Origin: Candidatus Hydrogenedentota bacterium
Lineage (GTDB): Bacteria; Hydrogenedentota; Hydrogenedentia; Hydrogenedentales; SLHB01
Assembly (NCBI GenBank): GCA_963668025.2
Contig: CAXXTH010000022.1
Coordinates: 64,001-128,000, forward strand
Direction of reading: 5' to 3'
Length of the DNA: 64,000 nt
Each line of letters begins with the position of its first letter. Position 1 is the first letter of the stretch. The notes beneath the pieces were generated by a model. The model searched no databases. It had not been told where the DNA came from and saw nothing but the letters and a program-made list of their open reading frames with translations. This document shows, one piece after another, positions 10,236 to 18,901 of the stretch. The translations under genes were made by a program, and so were the position numbers.

Positions 10236-10275
10236 TCGGACATTGGCGCAATATATCGGACATTGGCGCAATATA
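10236..10275. repeat. Perfect 20-bp tandem duplication TCGGACATTGGCGCAATATA x2
   Basis: Copies at 10236-10255 and 10256-10275; each holds the near-palindrome ATTGGCGCAAT. Confidence 0.9.
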
Positions 10276-10350
10276 GTTGCATACGGTTAGTAATCGTTCG
10301 ATACAGACTGGCATGGTTGGGGTCGTTTATTTCAGAAAGGATGCAAAGAG

Positions 10351-13300
10351 GTGAAACAAATGAATGTGCGAAGACAAATCGAAAAGACCGGAAAGAATGG
10401 TTTCGTCTCTACAATCTCCCGTTTTGCTCAATGTATGTGCTTATTGATTTTAATGCATGGAGGAATGGCGATGGGAGCCGAATTGGCTGTAGGGCAAAAT
10501 CTTCTCCTGAGTGGTTCGGATTGGCGGATACATGAAGAAGCGACTGGCTTCATGGAGGCCGATGTTCTCGCCATGCAGCAACTCGAAGGATGGACTCCCG
10601 CCTCGGTTCCGGGAAACATCCAAGCAGACTTGGAATCCGCGCATCTGTTGAATCCGCTTTGGTATGGGCCAGGGGATCCCCGGCTGCATGAAGTCGCCCG
10701 TAAAAACTGGTGGTATTGCAAGGATGTTGTTCTTCCTCAAGAGGTGGAAGGCAAACGGCTGACGCTCATTTTTGATGGTGTGGATTTTGAATGCCGGGTG
10801 TGGGTCAACGGCCATTCTGTCGGCGCTAATAAAGGCATGTTTCGACGTTTCTGGTTTGACGTACAGGAGCATGTAAAGCCAGGCCAAGCCAACCGGATCG
10901 TGGTGTGGATTGCTGCTATGCCTGCGGAACTGTATCCCAAAATGGTGAATTGCGAAGGCACGCCCGAGACCCATTTGAAGGAGCCTAAATACTGGTTTGT
11001 AAACGGGATGAACGATACTCGAGTGTTGCTCAAAGACCTCAAAGCTCCTGCGAACTGGAGTTACGATTGGGGCACCAACATTTACACCCTGGGCATCTGG
11101 AAAGATGTTTCGCTTCGGATCACCGAGCAAGCCCGGATTGACTGGGTGCGCGTTGATACGACGTTATCACCCGATTTTAAGAACGCCACGGCGCATGTCC
11201 AGCTTGATATTGACAGCCCGGAAGCCGGGGCCGCCACGGCGGCATTCCGCATTCATGGGAACGGGGCCGACATACCGTTGAGTGTTCCCGTAACGCTTCA
11301 GGCAGGCCAGAACCATGTTACGGCGGATATACCATTTGCAAATCCTGAGCTTTGGTGGCCGAACGGACATGGCAGCCAGCCCATCTACCAGCTTGAGTCG
11401 TCTCTACATGCGCCGGATGGGGGCGTTATCGCGGACGCCCGCAGCACCAAGTTTGGGGTGCGTGAGATCCGCTGGGAACAGCTCGAGGGAGCCCCCAAGG
11501 ACTTCATCAATCCATTTCAGTTGGTGGTTAATGGCAGGCCGATTCGCATGATGGGGTCAAACCTGACCTCGCCAGATTTGTTGTTTGGGCGGAATGACCA
11601 GCATAGCCGCTGGTACATGCAGATGGCGAAGGATGCGGGATTCAACACCCTCCGGCTGCATGGAGGCCAAGTCATTTTCAGCGATGTGATGTATGACGCA
11701 GCGGATGAACTGGGGATCATGTTATCGCAGGAGTTTCCGATTGCGAACTGTGTTCCCGAAAACGATGAAGAATTCCTACGCAATTTGGAAACCACTTCAC
11801 GCAACATCGCCAGACAGGTCCGCAATCACCCTTGTATTATTGAATGGACTGGCGGAAATGAGATGGGCTGGCTGCAAGGAGCCGACATCCCTGCTCTTCA
11901 TGTGTTCGAGCGCGTGATCAAGGAAGAAGATGACGCCATATTCCGGGCAACCTGCCCCATACAAGGCGGATATCACACCCCCTATGTTTACAAGCCGGAT
12001 GGTTATTATTCCCATTTTAATCACTTGAACAGCGATTATTTTGGCGGAGCCCCTCTAATGCGCTATGGGGAGTTCGGAACCCAATCTCCGGCCAATCTGG
12101 AAGTCTGGTATCGCGAAATCCCACCCTCATCGCAATGGCCCATCAAGGGATGGGAAGACTGGATTCTGTGCAGGAAAATGGTTGCCGATGGGCCATTGCC
12201 GGAAAGCCAGTATTGGTTGCACAAGTCCATTATAGATTTTTGTTTTGGCCCACAGGATGGGCTGCCGGGACTCGTTCAGGGCGGCCAATATCTTGGCGCG
12301 GAAGGGTTGCGGTATGCAATGGACGCTCTGCGTCGAAGGGGCAAAACATTCGGTGGATTCATGAATTGGGACTTCAATGAGCCTTGGCCGAACGGCGGGG
12401 GCAGTTTCATGGTCGATTATGATGGCCGTCCCTTAATGAATTTCTATTTTTCGAAACAGGCATGCGCACCCATCAGCCTTTCGCTTAAGTATGATTCCTT
12501 CCAATATGAACCGGACAAGGGCATTCAAGCAGAGTTATGGATGGTGAGCGACGCGCCAGAAGCCGCGCAGAATTTACGCTGGCGCTGGCTGGCCCGGGAT
12601 CGCAGGGGAACGGTTATCACCCAAAACGAAGGGCAAGCATCGATTGAGCCGGTGGGCGTTCTGCATCTGGATGATCTGGCCATCAAGCCTCTCGACAAAA
12701 CGATGTTTGGCCCCATCTTGGTTGAGCTTAGCCTTTACGACCAAGCCGGAAATCTGTTGACTGATAGAATACATATCTTCGGCGTGGACCGTGTTCGAGG
12801 CCCCCTGGGCGGCCTATTGGATAATCGAGCGCCAGACCAGGATGATGATCCTTTGGCCTGGAGTTCGGCTCCATTGTTGACGAAACCTATGTCGCCGAAA
12901 CCGGACAATCAGATGAACCTTGCCTATGTGGGAAATGGCGCTCAACCGGCAACCGCCACCACGGAAATACCAGTGGGAAGCCATCCCGCAAAGAACATCA
13001 ATGACGGCGCTTACGGCAATGGGCGCAGTTGGATATCAAACCTCGATGAAGCATCCTTCACCATTGATTTGAGCAAGGAATATACGCTCGGTTTATTCAA
13101 AATCGGACGGGACCGCGCCAGTGGACTAGATGATCGGAAAATGGATTCTCTCAAGATAGAAGTCTCATTGGATGGCCAAAACTGGACAATGGCCTATGAA
13201 AAGACTGGAATATCATCCATTCCCGGGTACAGTCCCACCAAGACGCTGGAGATTCAAATCCCTCGTGTGAATGGACGGTTTGTGCGGGCAACTGTTGGGC

Positions 13301-14277
13301 CTAATGAAGTAGGCGTAGATGAATTTGAAGCCTATGCGCCACTTACAAGCTCCGATCCCGAAGGAGAACTTCCCAGAGTCACCTTCACGGACCCAGCAGC
13401 CATTGAACGCAGCTTCTTTACCTATTACGAGGAGCTGCCTCTTCTTTCACGTCCGGTCAAACGCACCGCGTTCCAAGTGGAAAGCGAGCCTATGCAAACC
13501 GAGGGAGACACCGAAACCATACGGTTGCATGTAACGAACACAGGCGCGATGACTGCACTGTTCTGTGAAGTTCACCCGATGCTTGAATACCGGACCGACC
13601 TGGAGATTGACAACAATTTCTGTTCTATACCCCCAGGAGAAAAACGAACCATCAATGTTCGCGCCAGCAGCAGTCCCGCAGGCGGCTTGCATCTGGACGA
13701 AACAGGCTGGCGCACCTCGTGCTGGAATGCCGATGATGTATATACAGTGCCAGCCCCGAATGTACTTTTGTCCGTCGGCCGAAGGGACAAGATGTGCCGG
13801 GAGTATGCCGGATATGGCAACATCGCTTCCATCAAAGACCGGAAAGAGGAAACGGTGACCGCGGAAATCAAATATCTCGGCGGTGAGCAGATACCGTTTA
13901 TATTGCAAAAGTCGCACCAATACCTAAGGTTTCAATTTGCCGCCGATGATGCAGCGGGGCAGGCGGCATCGCAGTTGCGGCTGCATACCGCGGATCAATC
14001 CCCCGATGCGCCCACCAGCGTGAAGCTCACGGTAAATGGCACGGAATTCAACGTATCAATTCCGAAGGGTATCGGCGTCCAGTCTACCGAGCCATTCCAT
14101 CTTGCTTTCCCCTATACTGCTGTAGTGGACATTCCCGCAGGATGCATCAAGGCGGGGAATAATGTGCTGGATGTCCAAGTGCTCAATGACGGCTGGTTTA
14201 CGTGGGATGCCATGGATCTGCTATCAAAAGCTGGCTCTAGTGCAAAAACGCCAAGCGCTACGCCAGGCATGCAATAA
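10351..14277 (+). CDS. Glycoside hydrolase family 2, beta-mannosidase-like, with a C-terminal discoidin/F5-8 type C-like module
   Basis: 1308 aa; LIFDGVD, YDWG, LGIWKDV, ELWWPNGHG, RNHPCIIEWTGGNE (acid/base), YGEFG (nucleophile), FNEPWP; NINDG...SW...IDL...SLDGQNW...GRFVR discoidin pattern. Confidence 0.85.
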   Translation: MKQMNVRRQIEKTGKNGFVSTISRFAQCMCLLILMHGGMAMGAELAVGQNLLLSGSDWRIHEEATGFMEADVLAMQQLEGWTPASVPGNIQADLESAHLLNPLWYGPGDPRLHEVARKNWWYCKDVVLPQEVEGKRLTLIFDGVDFECRVWVNGHSVGANKGMFRRFWFDVQEHVKPGQANRIVVWIAAMPAELYPKMVNCEGTPETHLKEPKYWFVNGMNDTRVLLKDLKAPANWSYDWGTNIYTLGIWKDVSLRITEQARIDWVRVDTTLSPDFKNATAHVQLDIDSPEAGAATAAFRIHGNGADIPLSVPVTLQAGQNHVTADIPFANPELWWPNGHGSQPIYQLESSLHAPDGGVIADARSTKFGVREIRWEQLEGAPKDFINPFQLVVNGRPIRMMGSNLTSPDLLFGRNDQHSRWYMQMAKDAGFNTLRLHGGQVIFSDVMYDAADELGIMLSQEFPIANCVPENDEEFLRNLETTSRNIARQVRNHPCIIEWTGGNEMGWLQGADIPALHVFERVIKEEDDAIFRATCPIQGGYHTPYVYKPDGYYSHFNHLNSDYFGGAPLMRYGEFGTQSPANLEVWYREIPPSSQWPIKGWEDWILCRKMVADGPLPESQYWLHKSIIDFCFGPQDGLPGLVQGGQYLGAEGLRYAMDALRRRGKTFGGFMNWDFNEPWPNGGGSFMVDYDGRPLMNFYFSKQACAPISLSLKYDSFQYEPDKGIQAELWMVSDAPEAAQNLRWRWLARDRRGTVITQNEGQASIEPVGVLHLDDLAIKPLDKTMFGPILVELSLYDQAGNLLTDRIHIFGVDRVRGPLGGLLDNRAPDQDDDPLAWSSAPLLTKPMSPKPDNQMNLAYVGNGAQPATATTEIPVGSHPAKNINDGAYGNGRSWISNLDEASFTIDLSKEYTLGLFKIGRDRASGLDDRKMDSLKIEVSLDGQNWTMAYEKTGISSIPGYSPTKTLEIQIPRVNGRFVRATVGPNEVGVDEFEAYAPLTSSDPEGELPRVTFTDPAAIERSFFTYYEELPLLSRPVKRTAFQVESEPMQTEGDTETIRLHVTNTGAMTALFCEVHPMLEYRTDLEIDNNFCSIPPGEKRTINVRASSSPAGGLHLDETGWRTSCWNADDVYTVPAPNVLLSVGRRDKMCREYAGYGNIASIKDRKEETVTAEIKYLGGEQIPFILQKSHQYLRFQFAADDAAGQAASQLRLHTADQSPDAPTSVKLTVNGTEFNVSIPKGIGVQSTEPFHLAFPYTAVVDIPAGCIKAGNNVLDVQVLNDGWFTWDAMDLLSKAGSSAKTPSATPGMQ

Positions 14278-14327
14278 AACAAAACGAGATTTGCATTGGA
14301 CTAGTTAAGTCCTAGTAAAAAGACTAC

Positions 14328-14364
14328 CGGGTTACCGTAAAAAAAATGCGGTAACCCGTTTTTT
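14328..14364 (+). terminator. Rho-independent terminator after GH2
   Basis: Stem CGGGTTACCGTA / TGCGGTAACCCG, A-rich loop, then T6. Confidence 0.8.
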
Positions 14365-14617
14365 ATATATATACTTTTGTATAGAACTTTTTATTATCTA
14401 TCTTACAAATTTTATAATACTATCGCGGACATAAGAAAAAACCATTTTTTTAGACATGTATTCCAAGAAAACAATTTTACTGTGGCTATGACTCGCTATA
14501 CGTATCACGGATGTGGTGATTCATAGCCATGATTCGGTCTATAATTCCGCGGATGGAGGCGAGGCGTTTTGGCGCGTAGCTTCTGGCTTTGTTTGAAAGC
14601 CGCGGAGGGCTAGAGGT

Positions 14618-15565
14618 ATGCGTATTGCCGTTGCGGGCGGGGGCGGGCTGGCGTCATGCGTGCTTGAACCGCTGCTGGAATCGAGCCACGAGATCGTGGC
14701 CCTTGTCCGCGATGGGCGCAAAACCAAAGGGATGCGGCGCAAACTCGAGAAGCTGGCGGCGGGCGCGCTGGAAAGGGGGTCTTCAGCCATATCGCTCGCC
14801 CGGCGCGGGCGTATTCCAATTGTCTACATTGACCGTATGGACAGCCAAGAACTGGCTCCGCTGGCGGCTTGCAAGCCCGACCTGCTCCTTGTGGCGGGTT
14901 TCGGCATTATTTTGAAACAGCCTCTCCTCACGCTGCCGCGCATCGGCTGCGTGAATTGCCATTCCTCGCTCCTGCCGCGCCACCGGGGGCCGAATCCTTA
15001 TCGGGCCGTGATTCTTGCGGATGAGCCTGAGACGGGCGTCACATTTCATGTGATGACCGAGGGGATTGATGACGGCGATATCCTCGGCCAGTATCGGTTT
15101 TCGCTCGCCCCCGAGGACACGGGAGGTTCAGTTTTTATGAAATGCAACAGCCTCGCACGCAGGAATGTCCTGGATGTGATAGAGCGCATCGAGCGAGAGG
15201 GCCTGCGGGGCGCGCCGCAAGATCCTGCCGAGGCGACTTATGATAAGAATCTGTCCGAAGAAGAAATGCTCATCGACTGGTCTTGGCCCGCACGGCGCAT
15301 TGAGGCCCTGATTCGGGCGTGTTGCCCCTTCTCGCCGGCGCGATTCCGCCACGGGCGGCATATTGTCCATGTATGGTCGGCATGTTACGACGAGGAGCCT
15401 TGTGACGCCCCGCCGGGAACCGTACTGGCCGCCGAATCCCACGTGTTCATCGCCACCGGAGAAGGCGCGCTGCAAATCAGGCAGGCCGCATTGCAGGGCG
15501 CGTTAAACTGGACATGGCCTTCGCCATTGCATAAGCTGAAGCCTGGTGACCGGCTTGGGCCTTAA
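14618..15565 (+). CDS. Formyltransferase, Fmt/ArnA family (non-canonical methionyl-tRNA formyltransferase-like)
   Basis: PDLLLVAGFGIIL, NCHSSLLPRHRGPNP, ETGVTFH, IDDGDI, IDWS; C-terminal Fmt domain; lacks the FMGTP start of canonical Fmt. Confidence 0.8.
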   Translation: MRIAVAGGGGLASCVLEPLLESSHEIVALVRDGRKTKGMRRKLEKLAAGALERGSSAISLARRGRIPIVYIDRMDSQELAPLAACKPDLLLVAGFGIILKQPLLTLPRIGCVNCHSSLLPRHRGPNPYRAVILADEPETGVTFHVMTEGIDDGDILGQYRFSLAPEDTGGSVFMKCNSLARRNVLDVIERIEREGLRGAPQDPAEATYDKNLSEEEMLIDWSWPARRIEALIRACCPFSPARFRHGRHIVHVWSACYDEEPCDAPPGTVLAAESHVFIATGEGALQIRQAALQGALNWTWPSPLHKLKPGDRLGP

Positions 15566-15593
15566 GGGCCCCCATGAAAGAGGAACACAACAA

Positions 15594-16199
15594 GTGGACA
15601 TAGAGATCCGGGAATACCGACCCGAGGACGAGGCGGAATGGATGCGCGTGCATGCCATTATTTTGAGCATATCCCATGCATGGAACTACACCATCCAGGA
15701 GCGTCCTCTATACGAGGGCTATGCATCCACCAAGCTTGTGGCGCTCGGTGAAGGGCGCATCATTGGCCTCACGGACACGCAGTATGAAAATGAGCCAGGT
15801 GAAGTATGTTTTCAGCGGGACAGCCGGGGCGGCTATGTCCTGGAATTTGGCCGCCTGCCCGAATATGCGGGCCACCGCATTGGCCAGATCCTCATCCACG
15901 CCACGATAGAAGACGCCTTGAAAAAGGGCATTCACCGCCTCGAATACTGGTCGCAAGATCGCAAGGCCCAGCGCTATTACGCCCGCATGGGATTGAAGGA
16001 AATTGGCCGCCATTACCGGTTCCGGATGAAGGCTCCTGCACCCGTAGCGGAATGCCTCGACCCGAAAGTGGTGGGCATTGAGTATCTGTACGGCGTCTGC
16101 CTGCCGGAACAATGGCCGCATGTACAAGAACAGTATGAAATCATCACGCGACCGCCGCTCGAACCTCATCTCTGTGTGGGATATGAAATTCGATTCTGA
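15594..16199 (+). CDS. GNAT-family N-acetyltransferase
   Basis: GTG start with GAGG RBS; IREYRPED, PEYAGHRIGQILI (motif A-like), AQRYYARMGL (motif B). Confidence 0.75.
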   Translation: MDIEIREYRPEDEAEWMRVHAIILSISHAWNYTIQERPLYEGYASTKLVALGEGRIIGLTDTQYENEPGEVCFQRDSRGGYVLEFGRLPEYAGHRIGQILIHATIEDALKKGIHRLEYWSQDRKAQRYYARMGLKEIGRHYRFRMKAPAPVAECLDPKVVGIEYLYGVCLPEQWPHVQEQYEIITRPPLEPHLCVGYEIRF

Positions 16200-16235
16200 A
16201 GCCAGATGCGCCTGGATGTATAAGGAGATTCCGCT

Positions 16236-16961
16236 GTGCTCTTGGACAAATTAAGGGAAATTATTGAAGGCTGCCAAAACATGGTGTTTCTAGGAGGAGC
16301 TGGGGTATCCACGGAAAGCGATATTCCCGATTTCCGTAGTGAAAAAGGCATCTATAAGGTCCAGCACGAATACGGCTATCCACCGGAAGCCATGCTCAGC
16401 CATACGTTTTTCATGAAGCATACGGAGGAATTCTACCGTTTTTACAGAGAAACCATGTTGTACCCCCATGCAAAACCGAACCATGCGCATCAGGCGTTAG
16501 CGGAATTAGAAAAGCGGGGAAAACTGAAGTCGATCATTACCCAAAATATCGATGGACTTCACCAGTTAGCAGGAAGCAAGCGCGTTTTGGAACTGCATGG
16601 CTCCGTTTATCGGAATTACTGCATGGATTGCGGCGCGAAATATGATCTCGATTATGTCATTGATTTTGAAGGCGCTATCCCAAGATGCACGAAATGCCGG
16701 GGAATTATTAAGCCGGATGTCGTCTTGTATGAAGAACCGCTACGGGAGGATATTTTGTCGCAATCCGTCGATGCTATTTCGCATGCGGATGTGATGATGG
16801 TGGGAGGCACTTCCCTATCGGTTTATCCGGCGGCGGGATTGGTCAATTATTACCGGGGAAAGCAATTGATTCTCATTAATCAATCCGAGACGCCGTATGA
16901 CGATAAAGCCAGCTTGGTCATCCATGAGCGCATTGGCGACGTGTTGCGAAAAGCTTGTTGA
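16236..16961 (+). CDS. cobB: NAD-dependent protein deacylase, Sir2/sirtuin family
   Basis: GGAGVSTESDIPDFRS, ITQNIDGLHQ, ELHGS, two CxxC, KPDVVLYEE, GTSLSVYPAA; AAGGAG RBS. Confidence 0.95.
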   Translation: MLLDKLREIIEGCQNMVFLGGAGVSTESDIPDFRSEKGIYKVQHEYGYPPEAMLSHTFFMKHTEEFYRFYRETMLYPHAKPNHAHQALAELEKRGKLKSIITQNIDGLHQLAGSKRVLELHGSVYRNYCMDCGAKYDLDYVIDFEGAIPRCTKCRGIIKPDVVLYEEPLREDILSQSVDAISHADVMMVGGTSLSVYPAAGLVNYYRGKQLILINQSETPYDDKASLVIHERIGDVLRKAC

Positions 16962-16976
16962 TTCAGTCAATAAGCA

Positions 16977-17007
16977 GCGTAGCATGTGCGTCCCGCCCAT
17001 GCTACGC
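16977..17007. repeat. REP-like palindrome (GTAG-CATGG family)
   Basis: GCGTAGCATG-N11-CATGCTACGC just after the sirtuin stop; core matches 61940-61963. Confidence 0.7.
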
Positions 17008-17108
17008 GTCTGATAACCTCACCAAGAATTGAACCTTCGACTCCCCCACGCTATACTTTTTTTCGCTTTCATATGATAGCTTCGCCAAAAGCCCAAGGGG
17101 GGGATTTG

Positions 17109-18725
17109 ATGGCTGATCGGAGCAATGGCATTCGCATGGATCGGTGGGCTACGCGCTTTGGCCTGGTGATGGCCATGGCGGGCAATGCCGTGGGTTTAGG
17201 GAATTTCCTGCGTTTTCCCGGTAAAGCCGCTCCATATGGCGGCGCATTCTTGGTGCCGTATCTGATATCGTTTGTCTTGCTTGGCATACCATTAATGTGG
17301 ATGGAATGGACCATAGGACGCCATGGCGGGCGGTATGGCCACGGCAGCACGCCGGGCATGTTCCATCGATTATGGAAACACCCCGTATCGAAATACCTGG
17401 GCATTTTCGGCGTTTTGCTCCCATTTATCATCGCATTGTATTACATATACATTGAATCGTGGGCGCTGGGATATGCTTGGAAGACCGCCACAGGCTCCTA
17501 TTGGGGCCAGACCTCGCGCACCCAGATGAGTGAAGTATTCACTACCTATCTGGGCATTGGCGAAGGCGTTCTGTCTTTTTCGCCAGCCGCCTATATGTTC
17601 TTTTTAATTACCTTCGCGGCCAACATTTTCGTGTTTTCCCGAGGAATCGAAAAAGGGATTGAAGTCCTGTCGAAATACGCCATGCCCGCGCTGGTTCTGC
17701 TGGGGATAGTGCTGGCAGCACGCGTCTTGACGCTCCAAGGCTCGGGCGAACAAACCGTTTCGAGGGGGTTGGCGCAGATTTGGGTGATCGATTGGTCGAT
17801 GCTGAAGAATCCTGCAATGTGGATGGATGCGACGGGACAAATTTTCCTCACACTCAGCGTAGGCCTTGGCATGCTCCATACCTATGCCAGCATTTTACGG
17901 GATGAAGATGATCTCACATTAAACGGTTTGGCGGCTTGTGCGACAAATGAATTTGTCGAGGTGATCTTGGGCGGCACGATCATTATTCCGGCGGCGGCGG
18001 TGTTCTTCGGCGTCGGCGAATTTGGCGAGATCATCCACAAAGGCAGTTTCGCAGATATGGGCTTTCAAACCCTGCCCGTCATTTTTCAGGAGATGTGGGG
18101 CGGACGGTTTTTCGGAACAATCTGGTTCATTCTACTCTTTCTTGCGGGCTTGACCTCGAGCGTCGCCATGTTTACACCCATGCTGCTATTCTTGCGAGAC
18201 GAGTTAAATCTAGACCACAATCGATTGGTCCTATGGATAACCGCAGTGGCCTTTATACTTTGCCAGCCAGTAATTTTATTCTTTCACCATGGCGTGCTCG
18301 ATGAGCTTGATGACTGGGCGGGCACGTTCTTCCTTGTGGTCTTCGCGGCCATAGAAGTAGTCGTGTTTATCTGGATATATGGGCTTGATAAAGGCTGGGT
18401 AGAAATGCACCTAGGAGCGGACTTGCGCATCCCGAAGCCTTTCTGTCATGTCATGCGTTTTCTAACGCCATTGTTTTTATTAGCCTTGCTCGCCTGGTTC
18501 ACCGTGATTAGCCCACTGGCGAACATGCACAACGAAGACGCCTTGGCCAATACCTTCTATGGCAAATTATTCATGATGAAAATCGCTGAAGCTGATGTTC
18601 CGTATCACTGGCTTGGCCGGGCCATCATTCTGGGCGTTGCGGCGTTTCTTGTGTGGGGTGTTTGGCAGGCCTGGCGGACTCATCCAAAATTCTTCGATGA
18701 CAGCAAAAACGGGAAGGCGGAATAG
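17109..18725 (+). CDS. Sodium-dependent transporter, neurotransmitter:sodium symporter (NSS/SNF) family
   Basis: RWATRFG...AGNAVGLGNFLRFP, GGAFLVPY, ATGQIFLTLSVG, FLAGLTSS; about 12 hydrophobic segments; start moved to ATG 17109. Confidence 0.95.
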   Translation: MADRSNGIRMDRWATRFGLVMAMAGNAVGLGNFLRFPGKAAPYGGAFLVPYLISFVLLGIPLMWMEWTIGRHGGRYGHGSTPGMFHRLWKHPVSKYLGIFGVLLPFIIALYYIYIESWALGYAWKTATGSYWGQTSRTQMSEVFTTYLGIGEGVLSFSPAAYMFFLITFAANIFVFSRGIEKGIEVLSKYAMPALVLLGIVLAARVLTLQGSGEQTVSRGLAQIWVIDWSMLKNPAMWMDATGQIFLTLSVGLGMLHTYASILRDEDDLTLNGLAACATNEFVEVILGGTIIIPAAAVFFGVGEFGEIIHKGSFADMGFQTLPVIFQEMWGGRFFGTIWFILLFLAGLTSSVAMFTPMLLFLRDELNLDHNRLVLWITAVAFILCQPVILFFHHGVLDELDDWAGTFFLVVFAAIEVVVFIWIYGLDKGWVEMHLGADLRIPKPFCHVMRFLTPLFLLALLAWFTVISPLANMHNEDALANTFYGKLFMMKIAEADVPYHWLGRAIILGVAAFLVWGVWQAWRTHPKFFDDSKNGKAE

Positions 18726-18727
18726 CC

Positions 18728-18832
18728 ATGGAGATGACGCTTGGTTCATGGATCTATATGGCCATCGTGTGGGGGCTCATCATTGCGCTTAACGTGTTCT
18801 GTTTCGTTCGCATATTCCGGCACAAAAAATAA
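18728..18832 (+). CDS. 34-aa single-pass membrane protein, likely NSS transporter small subunit (MetS-like); absent from the ORF track
   Basis: MEMTLGSWIYMAIVWGLIIALNVFCFVRIFRHKK; starts 2 nt after the NSS stop; one TM helix with a basic tail. Confidence 0.65.
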   Translation: MEMTLGSWIYMAIVWGLIIALNVFCFVRIFRHKK

Positions 18833-18901
18833 ATGGGAATCTTCTCCATGAAGAAGACTCCCCTCTGGCAGTCCAACTTTATCCTATCTGCGGGCTGCTT
18901 T

